Notes: generated by a model not told the origin, from the sequence alone. 64,000 nucleotides of DNA from Eledone cirrhosa (GCA_964016885.1 OZ024740.1:426870001-426934000), one strand, 5' to 3'; counted from the first letter of the stretch, positions 36,960-51,308 are shown. Numbers and translations are program-made.

Positions 36960-37204
36960 ATTAAAGGTGGAAAACTGGGAGAGGGTACTTGCCCTGGTGG
37001 TCAGGGTCACTGTGGTCTTTTAATGGGCTTTCTCCACATATGTCCCTCGGAAGTCTCCCCCCTATTGGGGAATTTTTCTTTGTTATTTTATTTCATCCTC
37101 TGTTTTTTTTCAACACGCAGAAATGCCCATTTGTACCGTCCTGTATTGTCCTGTGCTGTCCTTAATGTCTACGTTATGTAAACCCTTGTGGTTAATAAAG
37201 AAAA

Positions 37205-37277
<73 letters not shown>

Positions 37278-37511
37278 CTTCTTCTTCTTCTTCTTCTTCT
37301 TCTTCTTCTTCTTCTTCTTCTTCTTCTTCTTCTTCTTCTTCTTCTTCTTCTTCTTCTTCTTCTTCTTCTTCTTCACACCAGCAACATCACGTGACTACCT
37401 GTGAGGAGGGCCGACAGTAATAGTAGTCATAGAACATATAGAATCCGTCCGAGGCCGCCCTTATTATTTACTATATATATATATATATTGTAGAGAAACA
37501 GACTCATGTGA

Positions 37512-37584
37512 GGGGAATTAGCTCAGATGGTAGAGCGCTCGCTTAGCATGCGAGAGGTACCGGGATCGATGCCCGGTTTCTCCA
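37512..37584 (+). tRNA. tRNA-Ala(AGC)
   Basis: cloverleaf; A66T mismatch. Confidence 0.88.
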
Positions 37585-38238
37585 TGCGTCAAGATTTCTT
37601 TTCAAATATTTTTTCTTCTTCAAAACTAGAGCATCACATGACCTTCTTTTGAGTTTGGCTGTCAGTTGTAATCGATAGAAGTGATAACACAATTGGCCCT
37701 TAAATTCATACAGCCTGAAAATCGCACCAGACTATTTCAACCATATATCTATATATATAAAACATAGGAGGTCTGTTTGTGCAAATCCCTAAAACTCCAG
37801 ATGTACTCAACTGACTTTTTTCAAACTTTACACATATGTTACTTATAATACTTGAAGTCCAATAGGCTAATAGAAATTTAACTTTTGATGTTATTTTTTC
37901 ATGTTCAATTATGCAGCATCACGTGACCTTCATTTGAACATGTCTCTCGCTATAGTCAATTGACATAATCACACAATTGGTCGTTAAAGTTGAACAACTT
38001 GAATATCATGCAGGAGGATTTAAACCAAATATGTTTTATAAAAGCAAACTCTCACGATGGAAAATACATAGAAATTGAATCAGTCTAAGAAAATACATAT
38101 CAAACTTACGATCATTGTCAAATCTGTTAGTAGGGAAAATTCAGTATTAATTTTAACTAACCAGTCAAATCGAATTGGTCAAAGATCTCCGTATGTCATT
38201 CACTATATAGATGTATATAACTGTGTGGTTCTCAGGAG

Positions 38239-38311
38239 GGGGAATTAGCTCAGATGGTAGAGCGCTCGCTTTGCATGCGAGAGGTACCGGGATCGACGCC
38301 CGGATTCTCCA
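38239..38311 (+). tRNA. tRNA-Ala(TGC)
   Basis: array consensus cloverleaf. Confidence 0.95.
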
Positions 38312-38563
38312 AATGTAGGAGTTATATTACTATATATTTTGATGTTTCTACATTTTACAATTTTCTATTATTGTTGTTGTTTCTGCTGTTGAATGTGATG
38401 GATTGGCAGTATCTGTAATCATCAGACAACATGCTTTACAGTATAGAGTTATGGCCCTTTACGTTCCGAGTTAAAATCGCGCCCATGTCAACTTAAAATA
38501 AATTAACAATAACGTACTGGGTATTTCACGGCCTTGTTCCAAAAGTAAAAACAATTATATTTT

Positions 38564-38700
<137 letters not shown>

Positions 38701-38901
38701 CTTCTTCTTCTTCTTCTTCTTCTTCTTCTTCTTCTTCTTCTTCTTCTTCTTCTTCTTCTTCACACCACCAGCATCACGTGACCTACCTGTGAGGAGGGCC
38801 GTCAGCAATAGTAATCATAGAACATAGAATCCGTCCGAGGCCGCCCTTATTATTTACTATATATATATATATATATATTGTAGAGAAACAGACTCATGTG
38901 A

Positions 38902-38974
38902 GGGGAATTAGCTCAGATGGTAGAGCGCTCGCTTAGCATGCGAGAGGTGCCGGGATCGATGCCCGGATTCTCCA
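38902..38974 (+). tRNA. tRNA-Ala(AGC)
   Basis: cloverleaf; A48G. Confidence 0.93.
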
Positions 38975-39628
38975 TGCGTCAAGATTTCTTTTCAAATATT
39001 TTTTTCTTGTTCAAAACTACAGCATCACATGACCTTCTTTTGAGGTTGGCTGTCAGTTGTAATCGATAGAAGTGATAACACAATTGGCCCTTAAATTCAT
39101 ACAGCCTGAAAATAGCACCGGACTATTTCAACCATATATATATATATACAAAATATAGGAGGTCTGTTTGTGCAAATCCCTAAAACTCCAGATGTACTTA
39201 ACTGACTTTTTTCAAACTTTACACATGTGTTACTTATAATACTTGAAGTCCAATAGGCTAATAGAAATTTAACTTTTGATGTTATTTTTTCATGTTCAAT
39301 TATGCAGCCTCACGTGACCTTCATTTGAACATGTCTCTCGCTATAGTCAATTGACATAATCACACAATTGGTCGTTAAAGTTGAACAACTTGAATATCAT
39401 GCAGGAGGATTGAAACCAAATATGTTTTATAAAAGCAAACTCTCACAATGGAAAATACATAGAAATTGAATCAGTCTAAGAAAATACATATCAAACTTAC
39501 GATCATTGTCAAATCTGTTAGTAGGGAAAATTCAGTATTAATTTTAACTAACCAGTCAAATCGAATCGGTCAAAGATCTCCGTATGTCATTCACTATATA
39601 GATGTATATAACTGTATGGTTCTCCTGA

Positions 39629-39701
39629 GGGGAATTAGCTCAGATGGTAGAGCGCTCGCTTTGCATGCGAGAGGTACCGGGATCAACGCCCGGATTCTCC
39701 A
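39629..39701 (+). tRNA. tRNA-Ala(TGC)
   Basis: cloverleaf; G57A. Confidence 0.93.
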
Positions 39702-39937
39702 AATGTAGGAGTTATATTACTATATATTTTGATGTTTCTACATTTTACAATTTTCTATTATAGTTGTTGTTTTGCTGTTGAATGTGATGGAGTGGCAGTA
39801 TCTGTAATCATCAGAAAACATGCTTTACAGTATAGAGTTATGGCCCTTTACGTTCCGAGTTAAAATCGCGCCCATGTCAACTTAAAATAAATGAACTGGG
39901 TATTTCACGGCCTTGTTCCAAAATTAGAAACGATTTT

Positions 39938-39972
<35 letters not shown>

Positions 39973-40158
39973 CTTCTTCTTCTTCTTCTTCTTCTTCTTC
40001 TTCTTCTTCTTCTTCTTCACACCACCAGCATCACGTGACCTACCTGTGAGGAGGGCCGTCAGCAATAGTAATCTTAGAACATATAGAATCCGTCCGAGGC
40101 CGCCCTTATTATTTACTATATATGTATATATATATTGTAGAGAAACAGACTCATGTGA

Positions 40159-40231
40159 GGGGAATTAGCTCAGATGGTAGAGCGCTCGCTTAGCATGCGA
40201 GAGGTACCGGGATCGATGCCAGGGTTCTCCA
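40159..40231 (+). tRNA. tRNA-Ala(AGC)
   Basis: cloverleaf; C63A, A66G. Confidence 0.87.
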
Positions 40232-40883
40232 TGCGTCAAGATTTCTTTTCAAATATTTTTTCTTCTTCAAAACTACAGCATCACATGACCATCTTTTGAG
40301 GTTGGCTGTCTGTTGTAATCGATAGAAGTTGTAACACAATTGGCCCTTAATTCGTACAGCCTGAAAATAGCACCAGACTATTTCAACCATATATCTATAT
40401 ATATAAAACATAGGAGGTCTGTTTGTGCAAATCCCTAAAACTCCAGATGTACTCGACTGACTTTTTTCAAACTTTACACATATGTTACTTATAATACTTG
40501 AAGTGCAATAGGCTAGTAGAAATTTAACTTTTGATGTTATTTTTTCATGTTCAAATATGTAGCATCACGTGACCTTCATTTGAACATGTCTCTCGCTATA
40601 GTCAATTGACATAATCACACAATTGGTCGTTAAAGTTGAACAACTTGAATATCGTGCAGGAGGATTTAAACCAAATATGTTTTATAAAAGCAAACTCTCA
40701 CAATGGAAAATACATAGAAATTGAATCAGTCTAAGAAAATACATATCAAACTTACGATCATTGTCAAATCTGTTAGTAGGGATAATTGAGTATTAATTTT
40801 AACTAACCAGTCAAATCGAATTGGTCAAAGATCTCCGTATGTCATTCACTATATAGATGTATATAACTGTGTGGTTCTCCTGA

Positions 40884-40956
40884 GGGGAATTAGCTCAGAT
40901 GGTAGAGCGCTCGCTTTGCATGCGAGAGGTACCGGGATCAACGCCCGGATTCTCCA
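40884..40956 (+). tRNA. tRNA-Ala(TGC)
   Basis: cloverleaf; G57A. Confidence 0.93.
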
Positions 40957-41205
40957 AATGTAGGAGTTATATTACTGTATATTTTGATGTTTCTACATTT
41001 TACAATTTTCTATTATTGTTGTTGTTTTTGCTGTTGAATGTGATGGATTGGCAGTATCTGTAATCATCAGAAAACATGCTTTACAGTATAGAGTTATGGC
41101 CCTTTACGTTCCGAGTTAAAATCGCGCACATGTCAACTTAAAATAAATTATCAATAATGTACTGGGTATTTCACGGCCTTGTTCCAAAAGTAGAAACAAT
41201 TATTT

Positions 41206-41240
<35 letters not shown>

Positions 41241-41435
41241 CTTCTTCTTCTTTTTCTTCTTCTTCTTCTTCTTCATCTTCTTCTTCTTCTACTTCACACC
41301 ACCAGCATCACGTGACCTACCTGTGAGGAGGGCTGTCAGCAATAGTAATCATAGAACATATAGAATCCGTCCGAGGCCGCCCTTATTATTTACTATATAT
41401 GTATATATATATTGTAGAGAAACAGACTCATGTGA

Positions 41436-41508
41436 GGGGAATTAGCTCAGATGGTAGAGCGCTCGCTTAGCATGCGAGAGGTACCGGGATCGATGCCCGG
41501 ATTCTCCA
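41436..41508 (+). tRNA. tRNA-Ala(AGC)
   Basis: array consensus cloverleaf. Confidence 0.95.
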
Positions 41509-42160
41509 TGCGTCAAGATTTCTTTTCAAATATTTTTTCTTGTTCAAAACTACAGCATCACATGACCATCTTTTGAGGTTGGCTGTCTGTTGTAATCGAT
41601 AGAAGTTGTAACACAATTGGCCCTTAATTCGTACAGCCTGAAAATAGCACCAGACTATTTCAACCATATATCTATATATATAAAATATAGGAGGTCTGTT
41701 TGTGCAAATCCCTAAAACTCCAGATGTACTCGACTGACTTTTTCCAAACTTTACACATGTGTTACTTATAATACTTGAAGTGCAATAGGCTAGTAGAAAT
41801 TTAACTTTTGATGCGATTTTTTCATGTTCAATTATGTAGCATCACGTGACCTTCATTTGAACATGTCTCTCGCTATAGTCAATTGACATAATCACACAAT
41901 TGGTCGTTAAAGTTGAACAACTTGAATATCGTGCAGGAGGATTTAAACCAAATATGTTTTATAAAAGCAAACTCTCACAATGGAAAATACATAGAAATTG
42001 AATCAGTCTAATAAAATACATATCAAACTTACGATCATTGTCAAATTTGTTAGTAGGGAAAATTCAGTATTAATTTTAACTAACCAGTCAAATCGAATTG
42101 GTCAAAGATATCCGTATGTCATTCACTATATAGATGTATATAACTGTGTGGTTCTCCTGA

Positions 42161-42233
42161 GGGGAATTAGCTCAGATGGTAGAGCGCTCGCTTTGCATGC
42201 GAGAGATACCGGGATCGACGCCCGGATTCTCCA
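42161..42233 (+). tRNA. tRNA-Ala(TGC)
   Basis: cloverleaf; G46A. Confidence 0.93.
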
Positions 42234-42482
42234 AATGTAGGAGTTATATTACTATATATTTTGATGTTTCTACATTTTACAATTTTCTATTATTGTTGTT
42301 GTTTCTGCTGTTGAATGTGATGGATTGGCAGTACCTGTAATCATCAGACAACATGCTTTACAGTATAGAGTTATGGCCCTTTACGTTCCGAGTTAAAATC
42401 GCGCCCATGTCAACTTAAAATAAATTAACAATAATGTACTGGGTATTTCACGGCCTTGTTCCAAAAGTAAAAACAATTATAT

Positions 42483-42699
<217 letters not shown>

Positions 42700-42701
42700 G
42701 G

Positions 42702-42775
<74 letters not shown>

Positions 42776-42917
42776 CTTCTTCACACCACCAGCATCACGT
42801 GACCTACCTGTGAGGAGGGCCGTCAGCAATAGTAATCATAGAACATATAGAATCCGTCGGGGCCGCCCTTATTATTTACTATATATATATATATTGTAAA
42901 GAAACAGACTCATGTGA

Positions 42918-42990
42918 GGGGAATTATCTCAGATGGTAGAGCGCTCGCTTAGCATGCGAGAGGTACCGGGATCGATGCCAGGATTCTCCA
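42918..42990 (+). tRNA. tRNA-Ala(AGC), variant
   Basis: G10T and C63A mismatches. Confidence 0.8.
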
Positions 42991-43644
42991 TGCGTCAAGA
43001 TTTCTTTTCAAATATTTTTTTCTTGTTCAAAACTACAGCATCACATGACCTTCTTTTGAGGTTGGCTGTCAGTTGTAATCGATATAAGTGATAACACAAT
43101 TAGCCCTTATATTCATACAGCCTGAAAATAGCACCAGACTATTTCAACCATATATCTATATATATAAAATATAGGAGGTCTGTTTGAACAAATCCCTAAA
43201 ACTCCAGATGTACTCGACTGACTTTTTTCAAACTTTACACATATGTTACTTATAATACTTGAAGTGCAATAGGCTAGTAGAAATTTAACTTTTGTTGTTA
43301 TTTTTTCATGTTCAATTATGTAGCATCACGTGACCTTCATTTGAACATGTCTCTCGCTATAGGCAATTGACATAATCACACAATTGGTCGTTAAAGTTGA
43401 ACAACTTGAATATCGTGCAGGAGGATTTAAACCAAATATGTTTTATAAAAGCAAACTCTCACAATGGAAAATACATAGAAATTGAATCAGTCTAAGAAAA
43501 TACATATCAAACTTACGATCATTGTCAAATCTGTTAGTAGGGAAAATTCAGTATTAATTTTAACTAACCAGTGAAATCGGATTGGTCAAAGATCTCCGTA
43601 TGTCATTCACTATATAGATGTATATAACTGTGTGGTTCTCGTGA

Positions 43645-43717
43645 GGGGAATTAGCTCAGATGGTAGAGCGCTCGCTTTGCATGCGAGAGGTACCGGGATC
43701 GACGCCCGGATTCTCCA
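43645..43717 (+). tRNA. tRNA-Ala(TGC)
   Basis: array consensus cloverleaf. Confidence 0.95.
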
Positions 43718-44190
43718 AATGTAGGAGTTATATTACTATATATTTTGATGTTTCTACATTTTACAATTTTCTATTATTGTTGTTGTTTCTGCTGTTGAAT
43801 GTGATGGATTGGCAGTATCTGTAATCATCAGACAACATGCTTTACAGTATAGAGTTATGGCCCTTTACGTTCCGAGTTAAAATCGCGCACATGTCAACTT
43901 AAAATAAATTATCAATAATGTACTGGGTATTTCACGGCCTTGTTCCAAAAGTAGAAACAATTATTTTTGTTGTTGTTGTTATTGTTGTTGTTGTTGTTCT
44001 TCTTCTTCTTCTTCTTCTTCTTCTTCTTCTACTTCTTCTTCTTCTTCTTCACACCACCAGCATCACGTGACCTACCTGTGAGGAGGGCCGTCAGCAATAG
44101 TAATCATAGAACATATAGAATCCGTCCGAGGCCGCCCTTATTATTTACTATATATGTATATATATATTGTAGAGAAACAGACTCATGTGA

Positions 44191-44263
44191 GGGGAATTAG
44201 CTCAGATGGTAGAGCGCTCGCTTAGCATGCGAGAGATACCGGGATCGATGCCCGGATTCTCCA
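44191..44263 (+). tRNA. tRNA-Ala(AGC)
   Basis: cloverleaf; G46A. Confidence 0.93.
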
Positions 44264-44917
44264 TGCGTCAAGATTTCTTTTCAAATATTTTTTTCTTGTT
44301 CAAAACTACAGCATCACATGAGCTTCTTTTGAGGTTGGCTGTCAGTTGTAATCGATAGAAGTGATAACACAATTGGCCCTTAAATTCATAGAGCCTGAAA
44401 ATAGCACCAGACTATTTCAACCATATATCTATATATATAAAATATAGGAGGTCTGTTTGTGCAAATCCCTAAAACTCCAGATGTACTCAACTGACTTTTT
44501 TCAAACTTTACACATGTGTTACTTATAATACTTGAAGTGCAATAGGCTAGTAGAAATTTAACTTTTGATGCGATTTTTTCATGTTCAATTATGTAGCATC
44601 ACGTGACCTTCATTTGAACATGTCTCTCGCTATAGTCAATTGACATAATCACACAATTGGTCGTTAAAGTTGAACAACTTGAATATCGTGCAGGAGGATT
44701 TAAACCAAATATGTTTTATAAAAGCAAACTCTCACAATGGAAAATACATAGAAATTGAATCAGTCTAAGAAAATACATATCAAACTTACGATCATTGTCA
44801 AATCTGTTAGTAGGGATAATTGAGTATTAATTTTAACTAACCAGTCAAATCGAATTGGTCAAAGATATCCGTATGTCATTCACTATATAGATGTATATAA
44901 CTGTGTGGTTCTCGTGA

Positions 44918-44990
44918 GGGGAATTAGCTCAGATGGTAGAGCGCTCGCTTTGCATGCGAGAGGTACCGGGATCGACGCCCGGATTCTCCA
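44918..44990 (+). tRNA. tRNA-Ala(TGC)
   Basis: array consensus cloverleaf. Confidence 0.95.
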
Positions 44991-45475
44991 AATGTAGGAG
45001 TTATATTACTATATATTTTGATGTTTCTACATTTTACAATTTTCTGTTATTGTTGTTGTTTCTGCTGTTGAATGTGATGGATTGGCAGTATCTGTAATCA
45101 TCAGAAAACATGCTTTACAGTATAGAGTTATGGCCCTTTACGTTTCGAGTTAAAATCGCGCACATGTCAACTTAAAATAAATTAACAATAACGTACAGGG
45201 TATTTCACGGCCTTGTTACAAAAGTAGAAACAATTATTTTTGTTGTTGTTGTTGTTCTTGTTCTTGTTCTTGTTCTTGTTCTTCTTCTTCTTCTTCTTCT
45301 TCTTCTTCTTCTTCTTCTTCTTCTTCTTCTTCTTCACACCACCAGCATCACGTGACCTACCTGTGAGGAGGGCCGTCAGCAATAGTAATCATAGAACATA
45401 TAGAATCCGTCCGAGGCCGCCCTTATTATTTACTATATATGTATATATATATTGTAGAGAAACAGACTCATGTGA

Positions 45476-45548
45476 GGGGAATTAGCTCAGATGGTAGAGC
45501 GCTCGCTTAGCATGCGAGAGGTACCGGGATCGATGCCCGGATTCTCCA
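45476..45548 (+). tRNA. tRNA-Ala(AGC)
   Basis: array consensus cloverleaf. Confidence 0.95.
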
Positions 45549-46173
45549 TGCGTCAAGATTTCTTTTCAAATATTTTTTTCTTGTTCAAAACTACAGCATC
45601 ACATGACCTTCTTTTGAGGTTGGCTGTCAGTTGTAATCGATAGAAGTGATAACACAATTGGCCCTTAAATTCATACAGCCTGAAAATAGCACCAGACTAT
45701 TTCAACCATATATCTATATATATAAAATATAGGAGGTCTGTTTGTGCAAATCCCTAAAACTCCAGATGTACTCAACTGACTTTTTTCAAACTTTACACAT
45801 GTGTTACTTATAATACTTGAAGTGCAATAGGCTAGTAGAAATTTAACTTTTGATGCGATTTTTTCATGTTCAATTATGTAGCATCACGTGACCTTCATTT
45901 GAACATGTCTCTCGCTATAGTCAATTGACATAATCACACAATTGGTCGTTAAAGTTGAACAACTTGAATATCGTGCAGGAGGATTTAAACCAAATATGTT
46001 TTATAAAAGCAAACTCTCACAATGGAAAATACATATCAAACTTACGATCATTGTCAAATCTGTTAGTAGGGATAATTGAGTATTAATTTTAACTAACCAG
46101 TCAAATCGAATTGGTCAAAGATATCCGTATGTCATTCACTATATAGATGTATATAACTGTGTGGTTCTCGTGA

Positions 46174-46246
46174 GGGGAATTAGCTCAGATGGTAGAGCGC
46201 TCGCTTTGCATGCGAGAGGTACCGGGATCGACGCCCGGATTCTCCA
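46174..46246 (+). tRNA. tRNA-Ala(TGC)
   Basis: array consensus cloverleaf. Confidence 0.95.
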
Positions 46247-46728
46247 AATGTAGGAGTTATATTACTATATATTTTGATGTTTCTACATTTTACAATTTTC
46301 TATTATTGTTGTTGTTTCTGCTGTTGAATGTGATGGATTGGCAGTATCTGTATTCATCAGACAACATGCTTTACAGTATAGAGTTATGGCCCTTTACGTT
46401 CCGAGTTAAAATCGCGCCCATGTCAACTTAAAATAAATTAACAATAACGTACAGGGTATTTCACGGCCTTGTTACAAAAGTAGAAACAATTATTTTTGTT
46501 GTTGTTGTTGTTCTTGTTCTTGTTCTTGTTCTTGTTCTTCTTCTTCTTCTTCTTCTTCTTCTTCTTCTTCTTCTTCTTCTTCTTCTTCACACCACCAGCA
46601 TCACGTGACCTACCTGTGAGGAGGGCCGTCAGCAATAGTAATCATAGAACATATAGAATCCGTCCGAGGCCGCCCTTATTATTTACTATATATGTATATA
46701 TATATTGTAGAGAAACAGACTCATGTGA

Positions 46729-46801
46729 GGGGAATTAGCTCAGATGGTAGAGCGCTCGCTTAGCATGCGAGAGGTACCGGGATCGATGCCCGGATTCTCC
46801 A
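46729..46801 (+). tRNA. tRNA-Ala(AGC)
   Basis: array consensus cloverleaf. Confidence 0.95.
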
Positions 46802-47455
46802 TGCGTCAAGATTTCTTTTCAAATATTTTTTTCTTGTTCAAAACTACAGCATCACATGACCTTCTTTTGAGGTTGGCTGTCAGTTGTAATCGATAGAAGT
46901 GATAACACAATTGGCCCTTAAATTCATAGAGCCTGAAAATAGCACCAGACTATTTCAACCATATATCTATATATATAAAACATAGGAGGTCTGTTTGTGC
47001 AAATCCCTAAAACTCCAGATGTACTCAACTGACTTTTTTCAAACTTTACACATGTGTTACTTATAATACTTGAAGTGCAATAGGCTAGTAGAAATTTAAC
47101 TTTTGATGCGATTTTTTCATGTTCAATTATGTAGCATCACGTGACCTTCATTTGAACATGTCTCTCGCTATAGTCAATTGACATAATCACACAATTGGTC
47201 GTTAAAGTTGAACAACTTGAATATCGTGCAGGGGGATTTAAACCAAATATGTTTTATAAAAGCAAACTCTCACAATGGAAAATACATAGAAATTGAATCA
47301 GTCTAAGAAAATACATATCAAACTTAAGATCATTGTCAAATCTGTTAGTAGGGATAATTGAGTATTAATTTTAACTGACCAGTCAAATCGAATTGGTCAA
47401 AGATATCCGTATGTCATTCACTATATAGATGTATATAACTGTGTGGTTCTCGTGA

Positions 47456-47528
47456 GGGGAATTAGCTCAGATGGTAGAGCGCTCGCTTTGCATGCGAGAG
47501 GTACCGGGATCGACGCCCGGATTCTCCA
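47456..47528 (+). tRNA. tRNA-Ala(TGC)
   Basis: array consensus cloverleaf. Confidence 0.95.
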
Positions 47529-48004
47529 AATGTAGGAGTTATATTACTATATATTTTGATGTTTCTACATTTTACAATTTTCTATTATTGTTGTTGTTTC
47601 TGCTGTTGAATGTGATGGATTGGCAGTATCTGTAATCATCAGAAAACATGCTTTACAGTATAGAGTTATGGCCCTTTACGTTCCGAGTTAAAATCGCGCA
47701 CATGTCAACTTAAAATAAATTATCAATAATGTACTGGGTATTTCACGGCCTTGTTCCAAAAGTAGAAACAATTATTTTTGTTGTTGTTGTTGTTGTTGTT
47801 GTTCTTCTTCTTCTTCTTCTTCTTCTTCTTCTTCTTCTTCTTCTTCTTCTTCTTCTTCTTCTTCACACCACCAGCATCACGTGACCTACCTGTGAGGAGG
47901 GCCGTCAGCAATAGTAATCATAGAACATATAGAATCCGTCCGAGGCCGCCCTTATTATTTACTATATATGTATATATATATTGTAGAGAAACAGACTCAT
48001 GTGA

Positions 48005-48077
48005 GGGGAATTAGCTCAGATGGTAGAGCGCTCGCTTAGCATGCGAGAGGTACCGGGATCGATTCCCGGATTCTCCA
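48005..48077 (+). tRNA. tRNA-Ala(AGC)
   Basis: cloverleaf; G60T. Confidence 0.93.
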
Positions 48078-48731
48078 TGCGTCAAGATTTCTTTTCAAAT
48101 ATTTTTTTCTTGTTCAAAACTAATGCATCACATGAGATTCTTTTGAGGTTGGCTGTCAGTTGTAATCGATAGAAGTGATAACACAATTGGCCCTTAAATT
48201 CATAGAGCCTGAAAATAGCACCAGACTATTTCAACCATATATCTATATATATAAAATATAGGAGGTCTGTTTGTGCAAATCCCTAAATCTCCAGATGTAC
48301 TCAACTGACTTTTTTCAAACTTTACACATGTGTTACTTATAATACTTGAAGTGCAATAGGCTAGTAGAAATTTAACTTTTGATGCGATTTTTTCATGTTC
48401 AATTATGTAGCATCACGTGACCTTCATTTGAACATGTCTCTCGCTATAGTCAATTGACATAATCACACAATTGGTCGTTAAAGTTGAACAACTTGAATAT
48501 CGTGCAGGAGGATTTAAACCAAATATGTTTTATAAAAGCAAACTCTCACAATGGAAAATACATAGAAATTGAATCAGTCTAAGAAAATACATATCAAACT
48601 TACGATCATTGTCAAATCTGTTAGTAGGGATAATTGAGTATTAATTTTAACTAACCAGTCAAATCGAATTGGTCAAAGATCTCCGTATGTCATTCACTAT
48701 ATAGATGTATATAACTGTGTGGTTCTCCTGA

Positions 48732-48804
48732 GGGGAGTTAGCTCAGATGGTAGAGCGCTCGCTTTGCATGCGAGAGGTACCGGGATCGACGCCCGGATTC
48801 TCCA
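48732..48804 (+). tRNA. tRNA-Ala(TGC)
   Basis: cloverleaf; A6G. Confidence 0.93.
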
Positions 48805-49100
48805 AATGTAGGAGTTATATTACTATATATTTTGATGTTTCTACATTTTACAATTTTCTATTATTGTTGTTGTTTCTGCTGTTGAATGTGATGGATTGGC
48901 AGTATCTGTAATCATCAGAAAACATGCTTTACAGTATAGAGTTATGGCCCTTTACGTTCCGAGTTAAAATCGCGCACATGTCAACTTAAAATAAATTATC
49001 AATAATGTACTGGGTATTTCACGGCCTTGTTCCAAAAGTAGAAACAATTATTTTTGTTGTTGTTGTTGTTGTTGTTGTTCTTCTTCTTCTTCTTCTTCTT

Positions 49101-49131
<31 letters not shown>

Positions 49132-49301
49132 TTCTTCTTCTTCTTCTTCTTCTTCTTCTTCACACCACCAGCATCACGTGACCTACCTGTGAGGAGGGCC
49201 GTCAGCAATAGTAATCATAGAACATATAGAATCCGTCCGAGGCCGCCCTTATTATTTACTATATATGTATATATATATTGTAGAGAAACAGACTCATCTG
49301 A

Positions 49302-49374
49302 GGGGAATTAGCTCAGATGGTAGAGCGCTCGCTTAGCATGCGAGAGGTACCGGGATCGATGCCAGGATTCTCCA
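49302..49374 (+). tRNA. tRNA-Ala(AGC)
   Basis: cloverleaf; C63A. Confidence 0.9.
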
Positions 49375-50026
49375 TGCGTCAAGATTTCTTTTCAAATATT
49401 TTTTCTTCTTCAAAACTACAGCATCACATGACCATCTTTTGAGGTTGGCTGTCTGTTGTAATCGATAGAAGTTGTAACACAATTGGCCCTTAATTCGTAC
49501 AGCCTGAAAATAGCACCAGACTATTTCAACCATATATCTATATATATAAAATATAGGAGGTCTGTTTGTGCAAATCCCTAAAGCTGCAGATGTACTCAAC
49601 TGACTTTTTCCAAACTTTACACATGTGTTACTTATAATACTTGAAGTGCAATAGGCTAGTAGAAATTTAACTTTTGATGCGATTTTTTCATGTTCAATTA
49701 TGTAGCATCACGTGACCTTCATTTGAACATGTCTCTCGCTATAGTCAATTGACATAATCACACAATTGGTCGTTAAAGTTGAACAACTTGAATATCGTGC
49801 AGGAGGATTTAAACCAAATATGTTTTATAAAAGCAAACTCTCACAATGGAAAATACATAGAAATTGAATCAGTCTAAGAAAATACATATCAAACTTACGA
49901 TCATTGTCAAATCTGTTAGTAGGGAAAATTCAGTATTAATTTTAACTAACCAGTCAAATCGAATTGGTCAAAGATATCCGTATGTCATTCACTATATAGA
50001 TGTATATAACTGTGTGGTTCTCGTGA

Positions 50027-50099
50027 GGGGAATTAGCTCAGATGGTAGAGCGCTCGCTTTGCATGCGAGAGGTACCGGGATCGACGCCCGGATTCTCCA
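50027..50099 (+). tRNA. tRNA-Ala(TGC)
   Basis: array consensus cloverleaf. Confidence 0.95.
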
Positions 50100-50581
50100 A
50101 ATGTAGGAGTTATATTACTATATATTTTGATGTTTCTACATTTTACAATTTTCTGTTATTGTTGTTGTTTCTGCTGTTGAATGTGATGGATTGGCAGTAT
50201 CTGTAATCATCAGAAAACATGCTTTACAGTATAGAGTTATGGCCCTTTACGTTTCGAGTTAAAATCGCGCACATGTCAACTTAAAATAAATTATCAATAA
50301 TGTACTGGGTATTTCACGGCCTTGTTCCAAAAGTAGAAACAATTATTTTTGTTGTTGTTGTTATTGTTGTTGTTGTTGTTGTTGTTGTTGTTCTTCTTCT
50401 TCTTCTTCTTCTTCTTCTTCTTCTTCTTCTTCTTCTTCTTCACACCACCAGCATCACGTGACCTACCTGTGAGGAGGGCCGTCAGCAATAGTAATCATAG
50501 AACATATAGAATCCGTCCGAGGCCGCCCTTATTATTTACTATATATGTATATATATATTGTAGAGAAACAGACTCATGTGA

Positions 50582-50654
50582 GGGGAATTAGCTCAGATGG
50601 TAGAGCGCTCGCTTAGCATGCGAGAGGTACCGGGATCTATGCCCGGATTCTCCA
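50582..50654 (+). tRNA. tRNA-Ala(AGC)
   Basis: cloverleaf; G57T in B-box. Confidence 0.88.
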
Positions 50655-51308
50655 TGCGTCAAGATTTCTTTTCAAATATTTTTTTCTTGTTCAAAACTAC
50701 AGCATCACATGAGATTCTTTTGAGGTTGGCTGTCAGTTGTAATCGATAGAAGTGATAACACAATTGGCCCTTAAATTCATAGAGCCTGAAAATAGCACCA
50801 GACTATTTCAACCATATATCTATATATATAAAATATAGGAGGTCTGTTTGTGCAAATCCCTAAAGCTCCAGATGTACTCAACTGACTTTTTCCAAACTTT
50901 ACACATGTGTTACTTATAATACTTGAAGTGCAATAGGCTAGTAGAAATTTAACTTTTGATGCGATTTTTTCATGTTCAATTATGTAGCATCACGTGACCT
51001 TCATTTGAACATGTCTCTCGCTATAGTCAATTGACATAATCACACAATTGGTCGTTAAAGTTGAACAACTTGAATATCGTGCAGGAGGATTTAAACCAAA
51101 TATGTTTTATAAAAGCAAACTCTCACAATGGAAAATACATAGAAATTGAATCAGTCTAAGAAAATACATATCAAACTTACGATCATTGTCAAATCTGTTA
51201 GTAGGGAAAATTCAGTATTAATTTTAACTAACCAGTCAAATCGAATTGGTCAAAGATATCCGTATGTCATTCACTATATAGATGTATATAACTGTGTGGT
51301 TCTCGTGA

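Larger units (their letters stand above)
31304..37241 (+). mobile_element. Tx1/L1-group non-LTR retrotransposon, copy 2 (apparently full length, disrupted)
   Basis: same layout as copy 1; ends AATAAAgaaaac(ATT)12, then the array's (GTT)n(CTT)n resumes. Confidence 0.93.

Noticed and set aside
25258-37241. A defined TSD for the Tx1 copies
   Set aside because: All junctions lie in (ATT)n, so TSD and tail cannot be separated
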